A stretch of DNA of 64,000 bases from an uncultured Candidatus Saccharibacteria bacterium. GTDB taxonomy: Bacteria > Patescibacteriota > Minisyncoccia > Phycocordibacterales > UBA918. A program made the translations under genes and the position numbers. Positions 18,021 through 27,094 of the stretch are shown here, one piece after another. How positions within the stretch are numbered: the stretch's first letter is position 1; each line of letters begins with the position of its first letter. The stretch lies in the NCBI GenBank assembly GCA_964352875.1, contig CAYGTP010000002.1:4244-68243 (forward strand). Direction: 5' to 3'. The notes under the pieces are model-generated. The model was given only the letters and a program-made list of their open reading frames with translations. It did not search any database and was not told where the DNA came from.

Positions 18021-18046
18021 TAAAGCCAGACGGATGTCTGGCTTTA
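18021..18046 (+). terminator. Intrinsic terminator hairpin
   Basis: TAAAGCCAGAC-GGAT-GTCTGGCTTTA. Confidence 0.65.
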
Positions 18047-18074
18047 CTGCTGCTGACTTGCTACAATTCAAATA

Positions 18075-19121
18075 ATGTTGACTAATCGGATTGTCGAGTA
18101 CGTATTCTTTTTTGGACTGTTAGCGTTTGTAGGATATTTGGTGTGGCAGATTATTGCACCGTTTATGGCCGCGCTCGCGCTGGCGGCTATCATCGTTACT
18201 ATCACGTATCCGCTCTACGAACGAATTATAAAACGTATGCCCTGGCAAAACGCTACCCTCGCAGCGGGACTCACTACATTCTTGGTAGTAGTGGTAATCA
18301 TTTTGCCAGTATTCTTTTTAACTTCTGCGTTGGTGGGTGAGGCAGTGGCTATTTATAAAATTGTGGGCAACGACCAGCAGCTTGGGTTCATTACCATTGT
18401 GCAAGATTTAGAGCAATCAATTCAAGTCTATGCTCCCGCCTTTGAATTAAATGCGACCGAATACCTTCGCCAAGGCGCTGATTGGCTGACTGGAAATTTG
18501 AACGCAATTTTTACCGGGACTGTCTCTACTATTTTTTTGTTTTTTATTGCACTCATTGCGTCGTTTTATTTCTTTCGGGATGGTAGAGATTTTACTAAAG
18601 TGTTGGTTCGAATCAGTCCATTGCCTGACAAAGAAGATGAGCTAATTTTACGACGACTCGCCACAGCAGTACGGTCAGTGGCTACCGGCACCGTCTTAGT
18701 AGCTTTGATTCAAGGTACTCTGACAGCTATTGGATTAGGGATATTTGGGTTTGAACGTGCGATTTTGTGGGGCTCAATAGCTGCCTTGGGAGCATTGATA
18801 CCGAGTGTCGGGACATCAATTGTTTTTGTGCCGTCAGTTTTGTATTTGATACTGACGGGCGATTATTTCGGAGCTGCTGGATTGGCTGCGTGGGGCATCG
18901 TCGCTGTCGGTTTGATAGACAATTTACTCGGTCCGTATTTGATGAGTCGTGGTAGTCCGCAACACCCGTTTATTATTCTATTAGCCGTGCTCGGTGGAAT
19001 TTCGCTATTTGGTCCAATCGGATTCATCGTTGGTCCTGTTGTCATCAGTTTCTTTACCGTGATGCTTGAACTCTATTCGACACATATCGCAGACAACATT
19101 GAAGCTAATCATGTTAAATAA
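18075..19121 (+). CDS. AI-2E family transporter
   Basis: Multi-TM; FYFFRDG, LIPSVGT, IDNLLGP, GGISLFGPIGFIVGP motifs. Confidence 0.9.
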   Translation: MLTNRIVEYVFFFGLLAFVGYLVWQIIAPFMAALALAAIIVTITYPLYERIIKRMPWQNATLAAGLTTFLVVVVIILPVFFLTSALVGEAVAIYKIVGNDQQLGFITIVQDLEQSIQVYAPAFELNATEYLRQGADWLTGNLNAIFTGTVSTIFLFFIALIASFYFFRDGRDFTKVLVRISPLPDKEDELILRRLATAVRSVATGTVLVALIQGTLTAIGLGIFGFERAILWGSIAALGALIPSVGTSIVFVPSVLYLILTGDYFGAAGLAAWGIVAVGLIDNLLGPYLMSRGSPQHPFIILLAVLGGISLFGPIGFIVGPVVISFFTVMLELYSTHIADNIEANHVK

Positions 19122-19521
19122 GCACCACATCGAAAAAATTTTAAAGCTCAATGGGGTAGAGCCGAGCTCTCCCGATGGAGACATCAAGTCAGTGCTACTC
19201 CGAGCTCGCTGGAAAGAGGATGATATTGAAACAGCGCTCGTTGTACTCCGAGAAAATAAAGAAACTATGGAACGAAAAATTGATACGTTACATCGTGTTT
19301 TTCATTCAGATGATCACTTGGAACCAGAAATGGTATCGTCGCTTTTAGGAGTTGATATTACTGAAAATCTAAGAAATCACAAAATTAGATACGAACAATC
19401 TCAAGCCAATATGGCACATGCTACTATCGGCATAATTACCGTATCTTTGGTAATTTGTTGTTCCTTATTACTACTCAGTATGTGGATGTGGAAAATTGGA
19501 CCTTTTCATGCAATGTATTAA
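19111..19521 (+). CDS. Hypothetical protein with C-terminal TM helix
   Basis: ORF overlapping the AI-2E stop; start taken at MLNKHH. Confidence 0.65.
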   Translation: MLNKHHIEKILKLNGVEPSSPDGDIKSVLLRARWKEDDIETALVVLRENKETMERKIDTLHRVFHSDDHLEPEMVSSLLGVDITENLRNHKIRYEQSQANMAHATIGIITVSLVICCSLLLLSMWMWKIGPFHAMY

Positions 19522-19530
19522 ACTACCGCG

Positions 19531-20598
19531 GTGGAATTTTTTACATTTATTCTAACGGCTCTTATCGGACTGTTTGCATCAACTGAATCAGCTGCCCTTG
19601 CAACCCGGGGTTATGTGTCTGAATTTATCCCACCTACACCAACCGAAGTGACCACTAGCACCACATCAGTTTCATTTGTGGGGGATGTGCTCCTGGCTCG
19701 TGACGTAGAGTGGCAGTATGTCAAAGACTCAACCTTTGACGCATTTAAATTTGTACGTCAGTCACCGCTTTTTACAGCCGACTATACGGTCGGTAACTTT
19801 GAGGCAGCCATACCAGCGACCCATATACCAACTCCAGTTAATCAAGTGCGCTTTTCTGTCTCAACCACTACAATAGAAAAAGCCAACCTCCCATTTACGC
19901 ACCTGAGTCTTGCCAATAACCATTCGTTTGATCATGGTTTGGAAGCGTATCAAAATACTCGTACAGTCTTGGCAGACGCTGGAATTACATCATTTGGACA
20001 CCCAAACGAGACTAACGATACATCGGTTTCGTATATTGAACATAACGGTAATACCATCAGTATTATTGGTCTGCATACCTTTCTGAGACCGCTTGATCCT
20101 GGGCAACTTGAACCATACCTACAAGAAATGCGGGAGCAGAGTGATATACAAATTGCGTATGTTCACGATGGTCAAGAATATAAGCTCACCCCAGTTTTGA
20201 CTCAAGAGCGATTTGCCAGATATTTGATTGAACAGGGAATCGACGTATATATTGGTCATCACCCACACGTAGTACAGTCGATTGATTGGTATCAGGATCG
20301 ACCAATTTTTTATTCCTTAGGCAACTTTGTCTTTGATCAGTACTTTTCAACTCCTGTCCAGCAAGGGCTGGGGTTAGTAGTGCAGTTACATAATGAGCGA
20401 GTTTCAATTGCTTTACATCCAATTTCATCTATCGACAGTAAAGCGACGCCGTATCTAATGGACGCTAAAGCAAAAAATCAATTCCTTAGTACACTCGCTC
20501 TGCGTAGTACGAGTACTTTAAATGCGGCTGTAAATAAGGGTATAGTGAGTTTTACCCTTGCATCTAGCAGTCAAAACGCTATGATGGGCATTCAATAA
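19531..20598 (+). CDS. CapA (PGA_cap) family metallophosphatase-like protein
   Basis: FVGDVLL, GNFE, SLANNHSFD, IGHHPHVVQ, FYSLGNFVFDQ. Confidence 0.88.
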   Translation: MEFFTFILTALIGLFASTESAALATRGYVSEFIPPTPTEVTTSTTSVSFVGDVLLARDVEWQYVKDSTFDAFKFVRQSPLFTADYTVGNFEAAIPATHIPTPVNQVRFSVSTTTIEKANLPFTHLSLANNHSFDHGLEAYQNTRTVLADAGITSFGHPNETNDTSVSYIEHNGNTISIIGLHTFLRPLDPGQLEPYLQEMREQSDIQIAYVHDGQEYKLTPVLTQERFARYLIEQGIDVYIGHHPHVVQSIDWYQDRPIFYSLGNFVFDQYFSTPVQQGLGLVVQLHNERVSIALHPISSIDSKATPYLMDAKAKNQFLSTLALRSTSTLNAAVNKGIVSFTLASSSQNAMMGIQ

Positions 20599-20604
20599 CT
20601 ATAT

Positions 20605-21138
20605 ATGGTAAATCGATTTGAATTTTTTGGAATTGCCCTCAGTATCATTGCGATGGCTGGAGCATTGTGGCTTATTAATCTACAAGAGAATACTGGCCAA
20701 GTAGCCAGTGTAGTGACTGCAACTGACGTTGATCCAATTGTTGTGGTTGGAGGTGAACGAACTGATGCAGATATCGCAGATGCGGTGGTCGATGCTTCGA
20801 GTGTCAATGGAGACTTGCAAAAGCTCATTGTTGACGACGTAGTGGCCGGGAACGGGGCAGCAGCGACTTCGGGCGACACCGTAACAGTAAATTACATCGG
20901 TACGCTGCAGAATGGTCAAGAGTTTGATAACTCATATAAACGGGGTGCACCATTTACCTTTACTCTCGGAGAAGGCAAAGTCATTGCTGGTTGGGAACAA
21001 GGTCTTGAAGGGATGCAAGTCGGTGGACAGCGCATCCTCGTGATCCCATCTGATTTAGCGTATGGTGACAGTGGTTATGGTCCGATTCCGGGTGGGGCAA
21101 CACTGGTGTTTGCTGTTGAACTACTAGCAATTGAGTAA
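20605..21138 (+). CDS. FKBP-type peptidyl-prolyl cis-trans isomerase, membrane-anchored
   Basis: VTVNYIGTLQNGQEFDNSY, VIAGWEQG, IPSDLAYG, TLVFAVELL. Confidence 0.95.
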   Translation: MVNRFEFFGIALSIIAMAGALWLINLQENTGQVASVVTATDVDPIVVVGGERTDADIADAVVDASSVNGDLQKLIVDDVVAGNGAAATSGDTVTVNYIGTLQNGQEFDNSYKRGAPFTFTLGEGKVIAGWEQGLEGMQVGGQRILVIPSDLAYGDSGYGPIPGGATLVFAVELLAIE

Positions 21139-21277
21139 AATTACTTCGTCTACTTTGTCAGACTACGAAAAAATCTCCTCACCGTACACTTGTACGACTC
21201 GTCAATTTTCTCTTGTCTTCCTCGTATCCAAAGCAATTTAATGCAATTGCTTTGGTAGAACACCAGCACTAAGCAAC

Positions 21278-21403
21278 GACCACACTGCCGTTTGGCGAGC
21301 ATCAGCAGGCCAAAAGTTCGGACTTTTGTTCGCAAAAGTTTTGGCCGAAGCCGCAGTGCCAGACCGTCGGAGGCTGGCACGTTCGTCAGATGGCAGTATG
21401 GTT
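21278..21403 (+). other. Structured intergenic element upstream of tgt
   Basis: 17-bp helix 21284-21300/21381-21397 with four G-U pairs enclosing two hairpins (one with a UUCG loop). Confidence 0.55.
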
Positions 21404-21423
21404 GATGCGTTATCTAAGTAAAT

Positions 21424-22635
21424 ATGACCAAACCTATTACTTTCGAAATCACTCACTATAAACCAAACTCGTTAGCCCGGGCTGGTGTTATTCATACTCC
21501 CCATGGTGATATCGAAACTCCAGCCTTTGTAACCGTGGGTACCAAAGGTACGGTTAAATCATTAAAATCTGACGACTTACTGAATCTCGTCGGTACCCAG
21601 GTAGCACTGGCTAATACCTACCACCTCTATCTGCAACCAGGACATGATGTAATCAAAGAAGCTGGTGGACTGCACCAGTTTGCTAACTGGCAATTACCGA
21701 CCATGACAGACAGTGGTGGCTTTCAAGTTTTCTCGCTTGGAGCAGCGTTTGGAAAAGGAGTGACTAAGTTTGCCAAAGGTGACGTAACCGCTGACGAAAA
21801 AGCCGGCCTAAATGTCTACAGCAAAGAAATTGCCTCCGAACACGGCAAACTATGTATAATTGATGAAGATGGAGTAACGTTTACGTCCCATATTGATGGT
21901 TCAATGCATCGCTTTACTGCTGAGCGCTCAATCGAAATTCAGCACGCTATTGGGGCAGATATTATTATTGCTTTTGACGAGTGCACCAGTCCGTCTGCTG
22001 ACTACGAATACCAAAAAGAAGCTATGGACCGGACCCATCGCTGGGCTAAACGCAGTGTCTTGGCCCACAAGCAAAACTACGACGCGCTCAAGAAGCAAGG
22101 TCTCTACGGCGTGGTCCAGGGCGGTCGATTCTTAGATTTACGGACTGAAAGTGCCAAGGTACTGTCCGGGATGGACTTTGACGGTTTTGGTATTGGTGGC
22201 AGCTTCAGTAAAGACGACCTTGGTGACGCACTTCGTGTCGTCAACGAAGTCTTGCCAGAAGAGAAGCCACGTCACTTGCTTGGTATTGGAGAGCCTGAAG
22301 ATATTGTGAAGGGAGTGTTGATGGGTTGTGATACGTTTGATTGTGTGGCACCAACTAGACTCGGTCGGACCGGCACCATTTATGCTGAAACTGGCCAGCT
22401 CAATGACCTTGGCTTACCAACCTATACAAAAATCAATTTATTGAACAGCAAATACCAACGAGACTTTTCGCTCCTTGATGCGAGTGATAGCCCAATTGCG
22501 ACCATATATAGCAAAGCATATTTAGCTCACTTATTTCGCAGCCAGGAGATGCTCGGACCGCATCTGGCCAGTTTGCATAACCTTTGGACGATTGTGAACT
22601 TTACAAAACGTCTGCGTGTGAGTATTCTTGGCTGA
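21424..22635 (+). CDS. tgt: tRNA-guanine(34) transglycosylase (lacks the zinc-site cysteines)
   Basis: TPHGDIETPAF, LANTYHL, TDSGGFQVFSL, AFDECT, GVVQGG, PRHLLGIG, DTFDCVAPTR. Confidence 0.95.
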   Translation: MTKPITFEITHYKPNSLARAGVIHTPHGDIETPAFVTVGTKGTVKSLKSDDLLNLVGTQVALANTYHLYLQPGHDVIKEAGGLHQFANWQLPTMTDSGGFQVFSLGAAFGKGVTKFAKGDVTADEKAGLNVYSKEIASEHGKLCIIDEDGVTFTSHIDGSMHRFTAERSIEIQHAIGADIIIAFDECTSPSADYEYQKEAMDRTHRWAKRSVLAHKQNYDALKKQGLYGVVQGGRFLDLRTESAKVLSGMDFDGFGIGGSFSKDDLGDALRVVNEVLPEEKPRHLLGIGEPEDIVKGVLMGCDTFDCVAPTRLGRTGTIYAETGQLNDLGLPTYTKINLLNSKYQRDFSLLDASDSPIATIYSKAYLAHLFRSQEMLGPHLASLHNLWTIVNFTKRLRVSILG

Positions 22636-22642
22636 AGTAGTC

Positions 22643-22674
22643 ACGGAGGGAAAGACATACGGAGGGAAAGACAT
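22643..22674 (+). repeat. 16-bp tandem direct repeat containing a GGAGG Shine-Dalgarno
   Basis: ACGGAGGGAAAGACAT x2. Confidence 0.8.
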
Positions 22675-22852
22675 GATGACTATCGTATTCACACTTGCGA
22701 CACTGTTCTTTATGATGTTGACCAGTGTTTTCGTATACGTGTCGAGGATCGACACGTTGAGATACACCGAGGATGGTGAGACTGCGAAGGATGTGGCATT
22801 GGTGCTGGGGGTAGTGACGCTCATCTGCGGCACTATCTCCTACTTTGGTTAA
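22673..22852 (+). CDS. Small two-TM membrane protein
   Basis: 59 aa from ATG 22673 with GGAGG 7 nt upstream; two hydrophobic helices; terminator follows. Confidence 0.6.
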   Translation: MMTIVFTLATLFFMMLTSVFVYVSRIDTLRYTEDGETAKDVALVLGVVTLICGTISYFG

Positions 22853-22854
22853 TC

Positions 22855-22877
22855 AACGGGCGCTACGGCGCCCGTTT
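22855..22877 (+). terminator. Intrinsic terminator hairpin
   Basis: AACGGGCGC-TACG-GCGCCCGTT followed by T-rich sequence. Confidence 0.65.
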
Positions 22878-22916
22878 CGACTTTTTATATTCTAAGTCTC
22901 GCGGTATAGTTAGCGC

Positions 22917-24935
22917 GTGAATTTTAAAATTTCAACTGAAAAAACTCCAGCCGGGGACCAGCCAAAAGCGATTGAGACACTAGTGGCAGGGTACGAAGCG
23001 GGTATGCAGCATCAGACTTTGATGGGGGTGACTGGCTCTGGTAAAACGTTTACCGCCGCCAACGTTATTCAGCATGTGCAGAAACCAACGCTCGTGATCG
23101 CCCACAACAAAACGCTTGCTGCCCAGCTCGCCCAAGAATACCGGGATTTCTTCCCTGATAACGCTGTGCATTATTTTGTTTCGTACTACGACTACTACCA
23201 ACCAGAAGCCTACGTATCAGTCTCTGACACCTATATTGAAAAGGAAGCGCAGATCAATGAAGAAATTGACCGACTACGCCATGCGTCGACCCAAGCGCTG
23301 TTGACCCGTGATGATGTGATTATCGTAGCGTCTGTATCGTGCATTTATGGATTGGGTTCGCCGGAACAATACGAAAAAGTGCACAAGAAAATTGAACGAG
23401 GATTTACCTCATCTCGAGCCGAGATGCTCCGTTTCTTGGTCAATATGTACTTTGAACGTACAAATGCCGATTTGACCCCAGGGCACTTTAGGGCCGTCGG
23501 TAATACGGTGGAAATTATGCCGACCAATGAACGGGTGATTTACCGGCTTGGCTTTTCTGGTGATAGCGTTAGCAGTATCACAAAGATTGATGGGGTATCT
23601 CGACAAATTATTGAAGAACCTGAGGTTTTCTATTTGTTTCCAGCCAAGCACTTTGTTACTCCAGAAGAGGAGCGCAAGCGAGCAATTGCTGATATTCAAG
23701 CCGAGCTTGATGAGCAGTTGAAGAAATTTAAGCAAGAAGGCAAGCTGCTTGAGGCTGAACGACTAAAGCGTCGCACCCAACATGACTTAGCGTTGATTCG
23801 TGAGATTGGTTTTTGCCAGGGGATAGAGAACTACTCACGGCATTTTGATGGACGAAAACCAGGCGAAGCGCCCTACACACTCTTATCATATTTCCCGCAC
23901 ACCGACGACGGTAAACCTGACTTCTTAACTATCATCGACGAATCACATGTTGCCATCCCACAAATTGGGGGGATGTATGCCGGTGACCGATCACGAAAAA
24001 ACAATTTAGTAGAATTTGGCTTTCGGCTTCCGTCAGCCGTTGATAACCGACCACTCAATTTTGAAGAATTTGAAGATCGGGTTGGGCAGCGTATCTACAC
24101 CTCAGCGACTCCGGGTAAGTATGAATTTGAGAGAGCGGATGGTAAGGTTGGCCAAATCGTCGAACAAATCATCCGCCCAACTGGTCTTATTGATCCCGAA
24201 ATAGACGTTCGTCCGATTGTACAAACTGGTGATTATCCAGGACAAGTTAAAGACTTTATTACAGAAGCTGAAAAGATAATCAACGGTGGAGCCCGCGTCT
24301 TAGTAACAACGTTAACTAAAAAAATGGCTGAAGACTTAGCCGATTTCTTGGAAGAACGTCAGATAAAATCCAAATATATACACAGTGATGTGCAAACCTT
24401 GGAACGGATTGAGATTTTAACTGATTTTCGCAAAGGAAACTTTGACTGCTTGGTTGGAGTAAACTTGTTGCGAGAAGGACTCGATTTACCAGAGGTAGAG
24501 TTGGTGGCTATTATGGACGCTGACAAAGAAGGATTTTTACGGAGTGAAACATCATTAATACAGACTATTGGCCGGGCAGCTCGTAACGTGAATGGGCGAG
24601 TGGTCCTCTATGCGGACGAAATGACCGGTTCACTTGAGAAGGCAATTGGTGAAACCAACAGACGCCGAGCGATTCAGCTGGCTTATAATATAAAACATGG
24701 CATTACACCAAAGACGATAGCTAAAGAAATCAGATCGATTGCTGATCAGATGCGGACAGAGCATCAGGAGACAGTACAAACCTTGCTTGTTGTGGACAAA
24801 GAGCTCTACAAAAAGAATCCTCAAAAAGTTATGAAAGAAAAACGTGCTGCCATGGCCGAAGCAGTAAAACTACTTGATTTTGAAACTGCCGCTATTCTTC
24901 GCGACGAAATTCGCGCACTAGAATCAATTAAATAG
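22917..24935 (+). CDS. uvrB: Excinuclease ABC subunit B
   Basis: GVTGSGKT, FVSYYDYYQPEAY beta-hairpin, IIDESH, GVNLLREGLDLPEV, QTIGRAARN, C-terminal UVR motif. Confidence 0.97.
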   Translation: MNFKISTEKTPAGDQPKAIETLVAGYEAGMQHQTLMGVTGSGKTFTAANVIQHVQKPTLVIAHNKTLAAQLAQEYRDFFPDNAVHYFVSYYDYYQPEAYVSVSDTYIEKEAQINEEIDRLRHASTQALLTRDDVIIVASVSCIYGLGSPEQYEKVHKKIERGFTSSRAEMLRFLVNMYFERTNADLTPGHFRAVGNTVEIMPTNERVIYRLGFSGDSVSSITKIDGVSRQIIEEPEVFYLFPAKHFVTPEEERKRAIADIQAELDEQLKKFKQEGKLLEAERLKRRTQHDLALIREIGFCQGIENYSRHFDGRKPGEAPYTLLSYFPHTDDGKPDFLTIIDESHVAIPQIGGMYAGDRSRKNNLVEFGFRLPSAVDNRPLNFEEFEDRVGQRIYTSATPGKYEFERADGKVGQIVEQIIRPTGLIDPEIDVRPIVQTGDYPGQVKDFITEAEKIINGGARVLVTTLTKKMAEDLADFLEERQIKSKYIHSDVQTLERIEILTDFRKGNFDCLVGVNLLREGLDLPEVELVAIMDADKEGFLRSETSLIQTIGRAARNVNGRVVLYADEMTGSLEKAIGETNRRRAIQLAYNIKHGITPKTIAKEIRSIADQMRTEHQETVQTLLVVDKELYKKNPQKVMKEKRAAMAEAVKLLDFETAAILRDEIRALESIK

Positions 24936-25008
24936 TTAGCCACAACCAAGGTGTCTAGTTTTAGATCAGCCTGGTACACTGTAGTTATTACTGTGATAAT
25001 TTCTATAT

Positions 25009-26226
25009 ATGTTTGAAGCTGGAGTTGGAATTGCTGATGGAAGTGACGAATATGCAGTTGGGGTAAAAGCAGCCTCTGATGCAATGGCAAAATTGCAGGA
25101 AAAGCAAGTTGATGCAAAAGCTAATGTCGCTATTGTCTTTGCCTCGTCAAAATACAATCATAGTACAGTATTGTCTGGGATAGAGTCTGTGGTCGGCCCA
25201 GACACCAAGATTGTCGGCGCTAGTACAGCCGGCGAAATCACTCAAGCTGGACCATCGATACGTGAATCTGTAGTTGTGATGGTGTTGGCCTCTGATTCAG
25301 TGCAGTTTGCTAGCACCTATAGCGAAAATATTCATACTACTTCACATGAAGCTGGTATACATTTAGCTCAAGAAATTAAAACGGCATTACATGAACCACA
25401 ACTCATTACTATGTTTGCCGATGGTCTTCGCGGCAATGGTTCAGCTATTATTCGAGGTATTTTGGAAGTATGTGGGGACAACTTTCCAGTGGTGGGTGGT
25501 TCAGCTGGCGACGATGGAAAATTTGAAAAAACCTTCCAATTTCATGGTACTGATGTACGTTCCAACTCTGTGACCGGACTTGGATTTGCTGGCCCAGTAG
25601 ATTTTTCAGTGGGGGTCAATCACGGCTGGAGCGCGGTTGGGGCGGCTAGAACTGTTACTGACTCAGATGGTGCTACGGTCAAGACTATTGACGGTAAACC
25701 AGCGTTTGAACTATACAAAGATTATTTGGGAGATGAAGCTGATAATCTAAAGCAATATACACTCGGTGAAATTGCACTTTCCTACCCACTTGGGATTTTG
25801 GACGAAGCGTCCGGTGAAGTCTTATTGCGGGCACCTTTTGCCGTTGATGACAATGGCGCCATTGTATGCGGTGGGGAAGTGGCAGTAGGATCTAAGGTAC
25901 AGCTTATGATGGGAACTAAAGAAGATGCGATTGTAGCAGCTAAAAAAGCCGCGACGGTAGCCAAGGCAGGGTTTGTTGGCGACCATATCAGCGCCGCTTT
26001 AATCTTTAGTTGTCACGTTCGTAATACATTGTTTGCAAACAGTGATGCGGCCAAGGGCGAAGTTGATGCCATTAGCCAGGTTATTGGAGTAGACGTCCCA
26101 TTGATTGGCTTTTACACGTATGCTGAACAAGCACCGGTTGGAGGCACTGCTCACAACATAAAAAATTGCAATCCAGAATTTCACAACGAGACAGTGGTTG
26201 TGGTGTTGTTGGGAGAAACAAAATAA
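25009..26226 (+). CDS. FIST N + FIST C domain sensor protein (NosP-like family)
   Basis: IVGASTAGEI, VVGGSAGD, HGWSAVG, IDGKPA, FSCHVR, GFYTYAEQ, FHNET. Confidence 0.88.
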   Translation: MFEAGVGIADGSDEYAVGVKAASDAMAKLQEKQVDAKANVAIVFASSKYNHSTVLSGIESVVGPDTKIVGASTAGEITQAGPSIRESVVVMVLASDSVQFASTYSENIHTTSHEAGIHLAQEIKTALHEPQLITMFADGLRGNGSAIIRGILEVCGDNFPVVGGSAGDDGKFEKTFQFHGTDVRSNSVTGLGFAGPVDFSVGVNHGWSAVGAARTVTDSDGATVKTIDGKPAFELYKDYLGDEADNLKQYTLGEIALSYPLGILDEASGEVLLRAPFAVDDNGAIVCGGEVAVGSKVQLMMGTKEDAIVAAKKAATVAKAGFVGDHISAALIFSCHVRNTLFANSDAAKGEVDAISQVIGVDVPLIGFYTYAEQAPVGGTAHNIKNCNPEFHNETVVVVLLGETK

Positions 26227-26229
26227 CCC

Positions 26230-27057
26230 ATGAGCGAAACCGAGACATTACAAAACCGGATTGCAGAGCTGGAAGCCGAACTCAAGAGTATGGATAAAAG
26301 CGCTCAAATGCTCGTACGCCGCGATCTTGAACTACGTCGAGCCAATGGTCGCTTGCAAGCACTCGACAGTGCCAAATCAGAATTTGTCTCAATCGCAGCC
26401 CACCAGATGCGCACGCCACTTTCGGCTATAAAATGGTCACAACAAATGCTCTATGACGAAGAGCTTGGACCGTTGACGGTAGAACAAAAACAAATGGTTT
26501 CGCAAACTAGTAAAAGCGCGACTAGACTCATACGTCTAGTGAACAACTTGTTAGACGCAGATCATTTAGAAGTAGGTCGGGCTCAATACGATACAACAGA
26601 AGTTGACCTGATTGTGGTATTGCAAGAAATTATCACTGATTTGCAATCGGCAGCTCAAGAAAAAAAGATTGATATAAAATTATTAGTAGATCGAGAAATC
26701 CCGTTACTGCATTTTAATCGGGAACGACTAAAGGACATTTTCTTTAATTTAGTCGATAATGCTATTAAATATACTCCGGCTACTGGTACTATAACTATTC
26801 AAGCTACTCCAGTTAGTGGGGTGACGGTTATGGTGTCAGATACAGGCATTGGTGTACCTGAGATTCACAAGGAGAAGCTGTTCAGTCGCTTTGCTCGAGC
26901 CGAAAACGCCAAGCGGGTAGATGCTGATGGTTCCGGGTTGGGACTATACATTGTTAAGAAGATTATTGAAGCTAACGACGGTACTATCACTTGTGATAGT
27001 ACCGAAGGAGTTGGTACGCGGTTTACTATCAATCTGCCAAACGTTGTGCAGAAATGA
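26230..27057 (+). CDS. Cytoplasmic histidine kinase (HisKA + HATPase, no sensor domain)
   Basis: KSEFVSIAAHQMRTPL, NLVDNAIKYT, DTGIG, GSGLGLYI. Confidence 0.92.
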   Translation: MSETETLQNRIAELEAELKSMDKSAQMLVRRDLELRRANGRLQALDSAKSEFVSIAAHQMRTPLSAIKWSQQMLYDEELGPLTVEQKQMVSQTSKSATRLIRLVNNLLDADHLEVGRAQYDTTEVDLIVVLQEIITDLQSAAQEKKIDIKLLVDREIPLLHFNRERLKDIFFNLVDNAIKYTPATGTITIQATPVSGVTVMVSDTGIGVPEIHKEKLFSRFARAENAKRVDADGSGLGLYIVKKIIEANDGTITCDSTEGVGTRFTINLPNVVQK

Positions 27058-27094
27058 TTATTTTGCCTGCAAATACAGTATAATAATAAACAAT

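Noticed and set aside
21140-21423. preQ1 riboswitch upstream of tgt
   Set aside because: No preQ1-I stem-loop with A-rich tail and no recognisable class II/III consensus
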